This document shows, one piece after another, positions 52,605 to 64,000 of a stretch of 64,000 bases of DNA. The position numbers and the translations under genes are program-made. The stretch covers positions 434,001 through 498,000 of the forward strand of contig NIVC01000575.1 of NCBI GenBank assembly GCA_002269645.1, in the 5' to 3' direction. Numbering within the stretch: the stretch's first letter is position 1; each line of letters begins with the position of its first letter. The notes beneath the pieces were generated by a model, which did not search any database, was not told where the DNA came from, and worked only from the letters and a program-made list of their open reading frames with translations. The DNA comes from Macrostomum lignano (taxonomy: Eukaryota).

Positions 52605-55600
52605 TTAATTGTACCTGGCCATATGGAGCAGTGCGTGCCAGTCGCTGCGACTGGAGCCGTACAGCTCGTGGCACACGGACTTGATGTGCTGACTGCGCCT
52701 CGTGTCCATGCCTGGCTGGTTGCCTCTGTGGTCGAGAATGTTCATCGACGATTCGAATGCGTCGCTGCCTCCGGCTCCGACGGCTTCCACTAAGTGCTGC
52801 TTGTGGTGCACGTCTCTGACGCGATCGTGTGCGAAATCGGCTAGAATGCCGATTGCGGCGGCGCGGTACTCGCGGAGCTGGCGTTTGCCTTCTTCCCCGA
52901 CGTTGTACGCGATGCGACAGGCGTCCAATGAGTAGTCTTCAAAGTTGTGCACCAGAAATCTGAAATGCCAGAAGAACGCTACACATCTACATGTACCCAT
53001 GTTCACTGTTCAGGGTCTCCCAGGGGATGAATTGGGATAAAATGGGAATTTCGTGTCAACGCATGGTTCATCAAATTCGCCTTGAAAGGTTGGAAAACAG
53101 CTCAATGCTCCTTGGATAATTTTTAAGAGAGGGGACACGATAGTGAGATGTCTCGGTCTTTTAATTGACGCATTTGATAAATCATTGATTGCAGATTTTT
53201 ATACATAATTTACTCTACTAAATTAGAAATAAACATTTTCCAACTTACCTCGGCAAATTGCAAGTTAAATCGGTATCGCCAACGTAAATCGGTACTGACT
53301 GGTAGCTGCTGATGTCTACTAAATTGTACATTGGAGCAGTAATCACCTTTTGAACCAGCAGGTGATAAAGAATCGCCTGGATCGGGCAGACAGTTCGAAT
53401 GTCGTACAGAAGCAACCGTCGAACCTCTTCGTAGTCGATATCGTCCTCGTTCACCTCGGCTTTCATCATGTCGACATAGTGCCGAATGATAGCTGACCCC
53501 GTTTTGTGCGCTTGTCGCAGGGCGTAAACGCGTTCTAGCGATCGGCGCAGGCCCGTCTCAACTTTGTAGCGACTCTCGTTCCTCCGACCGGTCGGGAACA
53601 GCGACCAATAATAGCTGCTGGCGATGCTGCTGTAGAACACTACGGATCTGTTAGCCAAAACTAGCTGCTTCTCGCGCAGCGTTGACAACAGGCTCGAGTT
53701 TAGCATCGATGGCGGCAAGTGCAAAAGACTTCGCTCGGTGACCTGCCTGCAGGTAGTAAGGTGATTATGTATGCGTACGAGTATCCACCGTATTAATACA
53801 CTTCTGCCTGAACTTCCTCCACCGAGGTTTTCCCACCGACAGTTTGGGAAATGCTTTCCTAGCTGGGGCAATGCTTTTTACTGAGGAGTTTTCCTAGCTG
53901 GGTGTTTTCCCAAAATATTTTCCCACAGACATTCCCACAGGGTTTTCCCACAGGGTTTTCCCACAGGGTTTTCCCACAGGGTTTTCCCACAGGGTTTTCC
54001 CACAGGGTTTTCCCACAGGGTTTTCCCACAGGGTTTTCCCACAGGGTTTTCCCACAGGGTTTTCCCACAGGGTTTTCCCACAGGGTTTTCCCACAGACTT
54101 TCCCACAGGGTTTTACCGCAGGGTTTTCCCACAGGGTTTTCCCACAGGGTTTTCCCACAGGGTTTTCCCACAGGGTTTTCCCACAGGGTTTTCCCCCAGA
54201 CTTTCCCACAGGGTTTTACCGCAGGGTTTTCCCACAGGGTTTTCCCACAGGGTTTTCCCACAGGGTTTTCCCACAGGGTTTTCCCACAGGGTTTTCCCAC
54301 AGGGTTTTCCCACAGGGTTTTCCCACAGGGTTTTCCCACAGACTTTCCCACAGGGTTTTACCGCAGGGTTTTACCGCAGGGTTTTCCCACAGGGTTTTCC
54401 CACAGGGTTTTCCCACAGACTTTCCCACAGGGTTTTCCCACAGGGTTTTCCCACAGGGTTTTCCCACAGACTTTCCCACAGGGTTTTACCGCAGGGTTTT
54501 ACCGCAGGGTTTTCCCACAGGGTTTTCCCACAGGGTTTTCCCACAGGGTTTTCCCACAGGGTTTTCCCACAGGGTTTTCCCACAGGGTTTTCCCACAGGG
54601 TTTTCCCACAGGGTTTTCCCACAGGGTTTTCCCACAGGGTTTTCCCACAGGGTTTTCCCACAGGGTTTTCCCTATTTTTCCTAAAAATTGTACCATCGTA
54701 CATTTGTCTGTTGATATTTATGATCATAACTCGAATTATTAATGCCAACAGTTTGTTCGCAGGAGGGGACTTTAGAGAGACTTTCTGTCTTAAATAAAGG
54801 AAGCTCAGCGTCTGACTCTCGCTCCAGAAGTACTTAGCTAGGTTCGATTCCGTGTGCGGCCGCATTAACTTGGGGCTTGTGCACAAAAACTGGCATGGGA
54901 CATGTGCAGTGAATTCTCGCCCTCAAAGCACAGAGAGTGTGCATCAACAGACGATGAAGGGGGACCGTAAACTAGTGGTCTGGCGCGGCACTTTTATGTG
55001 CCAGCGGCCTAGGCTCGATTCCAAGTGCAATCACATTAATTTGGGGCTAAATTGGAATCTCGGCTTGGCTCTGCTCGTGCATTGACGCCCGAGGGCCAAC
55101 CCCCCAAGGCGCAGTGAAGTGTACATGCCTAACGATAAATAAAGTTAGGGCCGCTGTACACTCCTGTGTGAGTGTGTGCCTGTGCGTATGACTGCGTACG
55201 TATCCGCGCGCTTGTGTCCCTGCTCAGGGGAGTCGGCGGAATGGGCAGTAATGCCTCTCCCCGGTTGTAACAATGCCGCTTGAAGTGCGCCTGTCTCCTT
55301 GCCGGCTGAGCGACAGATTCTGCAAGCAGCCGGGGCTACCCCGAGCAGAATAGATAACAAACAGCCAGCATGAGACTCACCTCGCCACCTTCTCAGGATA
55401 CTGGTCGAGATATTTGTGCACCTCCGTAAGCCATTGCGGTGTTAACCGAACAACATCTTTTATTGTGAGCTCGCTCAGGCACTTGGCTGGCTTCCTGTGC
55501 TTGAACAGCTTGTAGCAGTCGTCGATTTCTTCTTGGCTCAGATTCGCAGGGAATCGAGGTGGTTTTTCGAGGAAAATGTCCTCAACAATGGAGCCCATCT

Positions 55601-56274
55601 CCGATAGAACTGGTATCTCAACTGACATATCCATGAGCCAGAATTTCTTCACAAAAATTGCTTCTGGTGACAATAGCAACCTGCAGAAGATTTGAGTTTC
55701 AATTTTAGCTTCGCTCAAGTCTAACGCGTTTAAAGCAAAAGATATCGATAGTCCGCCAAATTGTGCATCAAAATGCACTGAATGTAGCATGATTGAAATT
55801 ATTCTGTTTTTGGTACAAAATTGGTAACTTCCTCAGCTTATGAACTTAAGTTTAACTCTGAGTTTATCGACTTGACTTTTTTTCGCAAAATACGACTGGA
55901 TAATGGAAAACAAATAAAATTTAACCGAAAATTTCGAAAAATAGTTAAATGCTTTTTTTAACAGACGCGCAGCTTTTCCTGTTTCCACTCGTCCAATATA
56001 TTCAATCAGTACTTTTATAAGTTGAATTGGCAGAGCTTTTAAATCAACCAATACGCTATGTACCAACTTTATGTTAGTGAGTTATCGAGAATTGGGATGG
56101 TGGAAGGCAGGGCCGCTGCATGTACACCCTGCGTGAGCGTGTGTACATGTATGAGTGCGTGCCCGCGTACAGAATTGGCGCGCTTGAATGTGCTCAGGCG
56201 TCACCGCAATGGGCAGAACTGCCGTCAGCGCTGGCTGTGGGACCAGAGTGCCCACAGCCCGTGCTGCAATTATG

Positions 56275-56335
<61 letters not shown>

Positions 56336-56393
56336 TTATCATTATTATTAATATTATTATTACTATTATTATTATTATTAATATTATTATTAC

Positions 56394-56427
<34 letters not shown>

Positions 56428-59333
56428 ACAAAGAATCACACTGTCTTTCATGTTGCCGAATTTACACATCATCACAATTACTAAGGATGTCTCTTCAACA
56501 CACACGGAAATTGGAATCTATAGCTTAGTATTATTACATGAATGACGATGGAAAATTTTCAACAAATGTGAAATTTAGACGATCTGAAAGCGACCTGAAT
56601 CTGGTGACAGTCCGCTTTCTCCGGCTGCGGTCAGTACAAATCACTAAAACTATGCAATGCGATACAACTATGCTATGTACGATAGCTAAAAGTAGAATCG
56701 AACCCAGTTTAGACGAATTCAAACGATGACTAGGCTATGTAGACTTTCTAATTACATGTACCGTATACCATGCGCTCTCGTATGGCAACATCTCTTTGCC
56801 TACCATGCAGGTTTTTTGCGCTACGCTCTATGCTGTCTACTTATCAGTAGTGCAACTCTGACAGCGATATAATACACACAATGGCTCACCAGAGTCCCAA
56901 AGTACCGCCGGAGCCCTCGCCAAAATAGATGACTCGCTTCGCGTCTCCACCAAAACTATCGATAGTGTGATTAATCCACAGCAGAGCCTGCGTGATGTCG
57001 CGGGCAAACAAATTTCCCATGTAGCTGTCGCGGTCCAGAATAGCCGCGCCGTCTAATCCGATTCGATAATTGACCGTGACAACAACGCAGTCCAGCCTCT
57101 CAACAATACTAGTTGGCGGCATCACCGGCTTGTTGAACACTAGGTCGTTCCCAGTCACTAGCACTAGCACGGGTCTGGTGCCGTTACTTAACTGCGGAGT
57201 GGCAACGCTCAACGACAGGCTCTCGCCGCTGCCAACCGTCTGGGAGCTGCCTGGTCGCCTCAGCTGATGCCGCCAAGCCGTTCTGGCCGAGCGAATCTTC
57301 AGCATAATATCGTAGTCCCAGTAGAATGCTCCGTTTTTAAACGAAACTAGCACTTTCTCTACGGCCAGGTAGTAATGCTTGTAGCATTCCATGAACGTCT
57401 CTATAAAGTTGCTGTCCTCGAAACGGTGAGAGAAGCTCGCGTAGGGAATGTCGTGAAACACCAAGTTCTTTTCCCTCTGTGGGGGTGGGGGTAAAAACAT
57501 TCTGTCTGCCGGGCAACTGCTTGCGAAGTTTAAACTTTGCGCTTAAGTTCAGTGAGAGACGGAAGCAACACTCCCACACCCTCTGGTTTGAAAGAAAACC
57601 TAAAAGCCTGGTTGTTATACAAAACAGACAGGTGTTGCCGAACCATGAGCCATGATCCGTGTAATGTACATTACCCCCTTCTCACACTAACCAACATCTT
57701 ACGATCAGTTGTTGGTTAAGATTTTAAAATGCAGCGATTCATATATAGTTTCGCCGTTTTTTTATTTACACCATTATTTCATTCAATGTGCGATAATAAT
57801 ATTTCAAGATCTGTTTATAATCGTGAAAGAACGAGCAGTGCATGTAGCAGTTCCGAGTGGCAAAGTCCTATAAAAAGGTCTAACCTGAAATTTGCTTTGA
57901 TATGGGTTACGCAGGATAGAAATTTTATTAGATTTTCAGCACTGTTTCAAGGGGATTTACTACTACCAAGACTGCTCAACAAAACAAATGAAAACATTAA
58001 GCTCTTCCTAGGATATCGTTGTGGCCTGGTGTCCGGATTACGTTGATCCTGTTGAGACCAACTCGCCAAACGAGGCATCGCTCGGTCAAGCTACCAACCC
58101 GAAATCCTCCTCCGTCAACAGCGCCAGTCATAAAGGTTGATCCACCAACACTAGCTGCACTAGAACAACTGCTCCGAATAACTGAATAGCTATCGGCAAA
58201 CACGAACGGCAATTATGCCTGTCACAAACCGGAAAGTATCCGAATACCTAGCTAATCTTCATAAGTAAAATTGACTTCAGGGAGAGGTGCATAGTCGTTA
58301 CCGCCATGGCTTCTTCCAGAGACATATTTCACTACAAAGTGGTTGCTCTCCCATTTGCCCCTTTTGTGATCTAGAGGAGGAAACTTCGACGCACCACGTC
58401 ACCTTCTGTCCGCACTTCAACGAAGCTCGGAGACTTCACCTCGCACTGGTTCTGCTGACATCCACTAAGGCTGGACGAACTCACCAACCCGGGACTCCGG
58501 ACTGTTGAAGATTGCAGACGCCACTCTCGCGGGCCTTTTTGCTGCTGGCGAGGGGTGAACGCAGCCCCAAGGCTAATGTCTCTCCTCGACATTGAGACAT
58601 TAAGCTTGTCTTTAGCTTGGATGTTTTTAGCTTGGGGTTGTGATAGTGGCCTCGCAGCCTAATCGCGGCGTTCTGCCCCCCGTGAGTAGTAAGTAGTAAA
58701 TAAGCTCTTTCTAACTCTATAATCTACTGTATTAAGTATACCGGTATATATAGTCAAAATCTGTCGCTAACTTACTGTATCCAGATTTTTTATTACGGCG
58801 CACGGAATGCTCAAATGTTGAAAATCGAAAGTCTGCAGCAGGCGCAGGGTACGATAGTGGCTCCATTGCTGCGTCAGTGACGCAATCAAACTGTGGCTAG
58901 CAATCCACACGGCCACTGTAACGACAACCAACAGGAAGCAGATCTTGCCTTTGAAGCTGTTGCTTTTGGCCAATCTGGTGTGGCAGGACTTCGACATCAG
59001 CAGCTCCCTGGCGCACATGGGCTGCAGCAGAATCGGCAGCGGGATTTTCTTTTTGTCAGTTTCTATATTCTTACTCGCTGAAGTCCCTGAGTCCTGCTGG
59101 GGACTCCGCGGGCTCGGCGTGGCGCTAGCGGTTGAAGCGTCTTTTTCATTCGGTTCATTCAGTTTAAAAGCCACTTTTGCTGTTCTCGATTTGTCAACTG
59201 GGTTTTCTGAACTAACCGGACTATTTTCTTTGGACTCCGAGCTGACACTTTTGAATTGCTGGTCAGAAATACTCTGAGTCGCTTGCTCTGGCTTTTCGTT
59301 TGCTGGTGTTTGGTTGTCTTGAGGTTCGGCCAT
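52605..59333 (-). CDS. Neurotactin-like type II membrane protein with inactive carboxylesterase/cholinesterase domain; exons 59333-58776, 57476-56890, 55680-55381, 53746-53249, 52959-52605 (3' end uncertain)
   Basis: Acidic/Ser-rich N-terminus, then one TM segment ([24 protein letters not shown]), then COesterase motifs [18 protein letters not shown] and [32 protein letters not shown]. The exons join in frame (766 codons). A possible donor at 52615 may lead to a further exon. Confidence 0.8.
53900..54670. repeat. 13-bp minisatellite CCACAGGGTTTTC
   Basis: About 55 units in an intron of the esterase-like gene. Confidence 0.97.
54960..55292 (+). mobile_element. SINE-like family B copy, preceded by a second diverged tRNA-like head (about 54795-54885)
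   Basis: TAGTGGTCTGGCG-GGCAC/GTGCC stem-GCGGCCTAGGCTCGATTCC. The body matches 17045-17350. Upstream is TAGGTTCGATTCC...CATTAACTTGGGGCT. Confidence 0.65.
56108..56427 (+). mobile_element. Diverged 3' half of SINE family B with (ATT)n tail
   Basis: AGGGCCGCTG...TACAC...GTGAG.GTGTG body and CACAGCCC 3' motif, followed by about 155 bp of (ATT)n. Confidence 0.5.
58270..58445 (+). mobile_element. Non-LTR retrotransposon 3' remnant (CCHC zinc knuckle)
   Basis: [29 protein letters not shown], a C-x2-C...H-x4-C motif typical of LINE ORF2 C-termini. It lies in an intron of the opposite-strand gene. Confidence 0.6.
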
Positions 59334-60499
59334 GTCAAAATAATGCACTAATATTAGAATTTGTAGCTAATGAATGTAAATTGAAATGACTGCAGATGAA
59401 TTCAGTTGAAATTCAGTTTTATATCTTTTGTTTTCTTCTCAGACAATCGCAATACTTGATTTATACTTTCTACATTTTGTAAAGCACGCTAATTATTTGG
59501 CCAGAGACGCTTAAAAGTAAGAGCATGGAGAAGCTGCAATAGTACTTCCACACTCAACTTCGTGGGCGAAAATCGGAGCCAAGAAGTCTGTGGACCAAAG
59601 TCTACACCCAACATGATGAATTTTATATCATTACTATTTTGTTGAATTTCATGGCGCCCTATAAGAATTTAAATATTTTTGGAAGCTTAAATGGTGGAGT
59701 CAAAAGTCCTGCTTGTTTGGTAAGTTTAAGCGTAGCAAACCTGTGAACTTAAATTTATCAATTGAGGATTTTCACGAAACGATTCCAGAACCAGAATAAT
59801 CGAAGAACAAAGTGCTATTTGGGTTCCGCTATCGTAATTCTACAATTCTGCAATTGGATTGTAATTGATAGCCATTATTCAAAATTTTAATGTTTGAGTT
59901 GTACCTTCGGCTTCAAGAAAAAAATAAACTCAAGAAAAAATAGAAATCGTATTTTTCCATCTCTTAAATTAGCAGCTCAAACTGTTTAGTCGAATTAGGC
60001 AAATTGTTCTGGTTTTGGAATCATGCAGAGTCGACGATATGGACAGCTCACAGGTTCTTTGTCGCATTTTTTGGATAATTGAATTGACCGAATGAATGCA
60101 TGCACTAATAGTTTAGAAAGCTAACTAGAGATATAAAAATTAACAAATTAATAAAAATACTGACTTGGTTTATCAGTTGCATTTTGTGCTGCATCGCGTC
60201 TCCTTGCTTTTTCAGCTTAAATAGCGCCAGTTTTCACTCAGGGAGTTAATTCCCTCCTTCGTTTTTCATTGGTGGTCCCGCGCATTTCCTCAGTCTGCAC
60301 TAACACTCTTCTTACACTGTGCCTGCCCTGTGTGCTGTGGGCGCTTCCATTATTCCCCCAATCTAATAGCTTTCTGCTACGCTAGTACAAATTGCGCTAC
60401 AAACAGCCCATCAGCTGAGATCGGACCGGCGGGGCCCCGCTTCCCGTGTTACAAGCAAACCTCCGTTTCTACTCTTGTCCAAAAAACATTTACCCCGCC

Positions 60500-60540
60500 G
60501 CGATTCTATTGGTTGAGCGAGGAAGTATATAAAGTCCTAA
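60500..60540 (+). promoter_or_regulatory. Putative CDC25 core promoter (inverted CCAAT plus TATATAAA)
   Basis: ATTGG at 60508-60512 and TATATAAA at 60526-60533. These lie upstream of a plausible 5'UTR intron (GTGAGC near 60624 to AACAG at 60801). Confidence 0.4.
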
Positions 60541-60829
60541 CGCCGGGCCTCTCACAGCCGCCCCGCTTCGTCTCTCTCCGGCTTGACCGCTGGTTGTCTG
60601 TCGGTGTTAAAACCATTCACCAAGTGAGCTGGCTGGCACTAGGTTAGGTAGGTTTAGGCAAGAAACTTCAGCCGTGAGTTTTCTATAGCTACGAGCTTAT
60701 TTTAATTTGCTTCTTGGTTTTTGTCAATTCGATTCCCACTATTCAACAAGAAGCAAGAACTGGCTATTTTAAATTCGAAACATTGATACTTCACTTAACA
60801 GACTGATTGAGCCAGTGCCAGCAAAAATA

Positions 60830-63558
60830 ATGTCTGCAAGCGAAAGTGGCACAGCTACAAAAACAGACCAGCTCCAACCTGGCATTCTATCAGTTGATAA
60901 ACTGCTTTCTACCAAGCGCTGCAGCAGCAGCAGCAGCAGCAGCAGCAGTGGCAGCGCCACATCTACTGGCCTCAACAATGGTCTACCATTGTCCCAGCCA
61001 CTTGGAAACGAGAATACTAGCAACTCAACACCACCAGCTGGGCTCTGTCTAGACTGTGACACATGCAACAGTGACGATAGTGTGCACCAGTTCATGATGA
61101 GTGGCAGCACAGCAATGCCCTCCTGTGCACCAAACCATAACTATGAAGACTTTCTTGACTGTCAGCTGCAGGATGAGGATGATGAAAATGAACTGGAGAT
61201 TCTGGGAACTGTCCGAACTGTGAGTTAATTCCTTATTCTTTATTCTAAACTGATATTTTTTGTTTTGCTTAGGCCTAGTTATTGATTATTTGTATAGCTA
61301 ACTAGGTCTTATAGTTATAAGAGCCTATCTAGATTTAAATTAAATCAATTAGACCAAGATGCCAATAGCCTATCAAAAGTGAATAAATAAATAGACTAAT
61401 GAATAAATACTTTTTTCAAAAGCAGTATTTCCTATTTTTATTGTTTTTATAGTTTTTCTATTTATAGCATTGCATTAAGCCTAGCATAGAAAAAAATGAG
61501 TTAGGTTTACTTCATCATTTGGCAAATTTGTTTAAACAGAAACTATTTTAGTTAGGAAAGATTGACCTATTTATTGAATTTTTACACTGTTGTAAAGGCA
61601 AAAGCAGGACTTATATTGTATTAGGAATATTACAAGAAGCTAAAAGCAAGGCAATTGTAAATTTAAGTATTTAATATTCCTTAAAATAAAAAAGCTGGGA
61701 ATCTGGCCATTGGCTACTAAACTCTTATTATCCCTAATAACTCTTAATGACCCCTTTCATTTTTTCTTGGTTCCTATTAAAAATAATAATTGGTTGAGAA
61801 AAGATAGAAACTTGAATATGCCTCATTAATCTCTTGTTTATCTTTAAAAAGTCTACTATAATTTCACTCTGAGTTGCAGTAAGATTGAATGAAACACTGA
61901 TTCCCAATTGCTAACATCCAACACCCACCACCCAGCGTCCGCCTTCGCCTCGCCGCCCAATCGCCGTCACAATTCCATTTCGAGCCGTTGCTTCTGAGCC
62001 AGCCACGGCTGCCTTGGCTGCCAAGATTCGGCAGAGCAAGAAGCGCCAGACTGAGGACAGCCGGTCGCCTGCAGCTTCCAGCCAGTCCAGCGCTGACTGC
62101 AGCGAAGACGAAGAGTCCAAGCGCAGACGAGTAGCTTTAACGCCTTTAGGAGATTCAACAAATATTTCTAGCCCGAGTGGTGCCAACCAGTCTAAGCTGG
62201 GCCGCTGCATGAGCGAGTGCACTAATTTGAACCGAGTTGCTGACAGCACAGCCCGTATTGATAAAGCTATCGCTTCCATTGATTCTTTGAACCTGATTGG
62301 CAACTCCGAGCAGACTCACTCGCTGCCCACTGTCAAGTCTCTAGACTATGGCATTCGGTCTGTGACCGCCGACACCTTAGCTGGGCTTTTGAATGGCCAA
62401 TTCGCCAACTCTGTAGCCAATTACATCATAGTTGACTGTCGCTACCCGTTCGAATTCCGTGGCGGCCATGTTCGCGGAGCGGTGAATCTCTACAGGCCGG
62501 AAGTGCTGCTTGACCGGCTGCTTCCGGCGGCTGGTGGTAGCTTGCCTGCAGCCGGGGACCGAGTAGTGATCATCTTCCACTGCGAGTTCAGCAGCCAGCG
62601 GGCTCCTAGGATGGCTCGATTGTTGAGACAGCGAGATCGGGAACTTAATGCTCATAATTATCCGCAGCTGCACTACCCGGAGCTCTACCTGCTGCAGGGC
62701 GGATACAAGGCGTTTTACGAGAGTCACCAGGTAGCCATTTTTTTGTTTTGATTCCGACAGCTTCAGTAGAATTAGTCGTCTTGGCAATTGGGGCGCTGTC
62801 GCAGGCCATTGAAAACCGGGATGCCAGCTGGCATCAGTAAAAAATCTCAGCATGTCTATCATACCTTTATGCTTCTGAGCCTCTCTGGCCCACAGAAGCT
62901 GCAGAAGTCTGCAAAATCCAATGTTAAAATGTTTACAGATCTTACTTACAGATTTGACATTATCAAGCATGGAATCAAATCAAGCCTTGCGAATTCCAGT
63001 TGTTGCTAAGGTGGGGAATTCCAGGAATCCAGGTATTCTCAGGATGGGGATTACAGGTGTTTATAGGTTGGGGAATTCCAGTTGTTGCTAAGGTGGGAAT
63101 TTCCAGTTGTTTGCTATTGGGGTGAATTCCAGGTGTTGCTAAGATGGAGAATTCCAGGTGTTCACACGGTGGGTATTACAGGTTTTTATAGGGTGGGGAA
63201 GTCCAAGTGGTCATATGATAGGGAATTCCAGTTGTTGCTAGGGTGGGGAATTCCAGTTGTTTGCTATTGATATTGTGGGGAATTCCAGTTGTTTGCTATT
63301 GATATTGTGGGAAATTCAATTTGTTGCTAAGCTGGGAAATTCCAGCTGTACATGTCGAAAAATGGAAACCCAAACCTGCTCAACATACAATCCGCACAGG
63401 GGCACTGCGAGCCGTGCGGCTACACAAAAATGTGCGACCCCAACTACTCGCAGCAGTTGGTCCACTTTGACAAGCTCGGCCGGGCCTGGGAGCGCCAGAA
63501 TTCCCGGTCGAAGCATTCTCGACTGCAGCGACTAGCGGGGTCGCCTCGACTCGAGTGA
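60830..63558 (+). CDS. CDC25: M-phase inducer phosphatase CDC25/string; exons 60830-61219, 61936-62730, 63400-63558
   Basis: IVDCRYPFEFRGGHVRGAVN and catalytic HCEFSSQR (HCX5R), plus YPELYLLQGGYKAF. Both introns are phase 0 with GT/AG ends. Confidence 0.93.
63005..63340. repeat. Degenerate GGGAATTCCAGTTGTTGCTA repeat in CDC25 intron 2
   Basis: About 10 imperfect units. Confidence 0.8.
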
Positions 63559-64000
63559 GATTCGATCGAGAGAGTTTTTTTAAGCGGCAGGATCGACCGT
63601 GAAATTTGGAAGCAGTTTAGCCTAACGAATAGACACTAATATACACATAGCAATATTATGAGATGACACAACTGTGACAATCATACTACTGCATACCGAG
63701 AGTAGTGTCATACAGTTCATATTTTGTTAGTAATTTTTCAATTAGATTGAAGTCGTAAGTATCTATATTAGTCTAGTTTATATATTATAAATTATAGCAA
63801 TATTTTATTATACACATTTCGAGCCCAATAATATTTGTTTTTATTAATCCCTTTATCATCAGAGGCTTTAATATAATCTTACTACTGCAATATCAATGTC
63901 CAAAGATGCAGGTCGCACTAATTAATATTAATTTTTAATTTTTTTTCTGTATTGTTTTATTTAGCTATTCTAACTGACTATTGTCCTGGTGTTGTTTTAT

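Noticed and set aside
54795-55030. Possible tRNA genes
   Set aside because: B-boxes are present but acceptor stems are missing, and the sequence continues into a dispersed repeat body, so these are SINE heads.
55681-55806. In-frame extension giving an apparent TG|A stop at the esterase exon 2/3 junction
   Set aside because: The acceptor at 55681 gives TG|G (Trp) and restores the conserved LLLSP motif, so no recoding or pseudogenisation is needed.

Overview
Animal genomic DNA: GC-rich exons separated by introns filled with locus-private mini/microsatellites. This style recalls the flatworm Macrostomum, but the species is my inference and is not verified. Eight coding units could be reconstructed exon by exon with consistent GT/AG sites and phases. 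(+) The 3' part of an EYS/agrin/pikachurin-type EGF-LamG gene (234-18198), whose last five exons are repeated in a near-identical 10.1-kb tandem duplication (21219-31319). (-) A co-oriented run of a neurotactin-like, catalytically dead cholinesterase-fold gene, lysyl-tRNA synthetase, RPL13A, PEN-2 and POP7/Rpp20. (+) A CDC25 phosphatase. Main leads: (1) an operon-like RPL13A-PEN2-POP7 unit with only 107 nt between the PEN-2 stop and the POP7 ATG, and splice acceptors just upstream of several start codons; (2) the duplication, whose junction fuses the POP7 C-terminal codons to a (GATA)n array; (3) nested inverted intronic repeat arrays that could fold the EGF-LamG pre-mRNA into long dsRNA; (4) the type II pseudo-esterase. 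Two tRNA-derived SINE families, TA-flanked MITE-like elements and LINE remnants are also present. All coordinates were read by eye and repeat boundaries are approximate.
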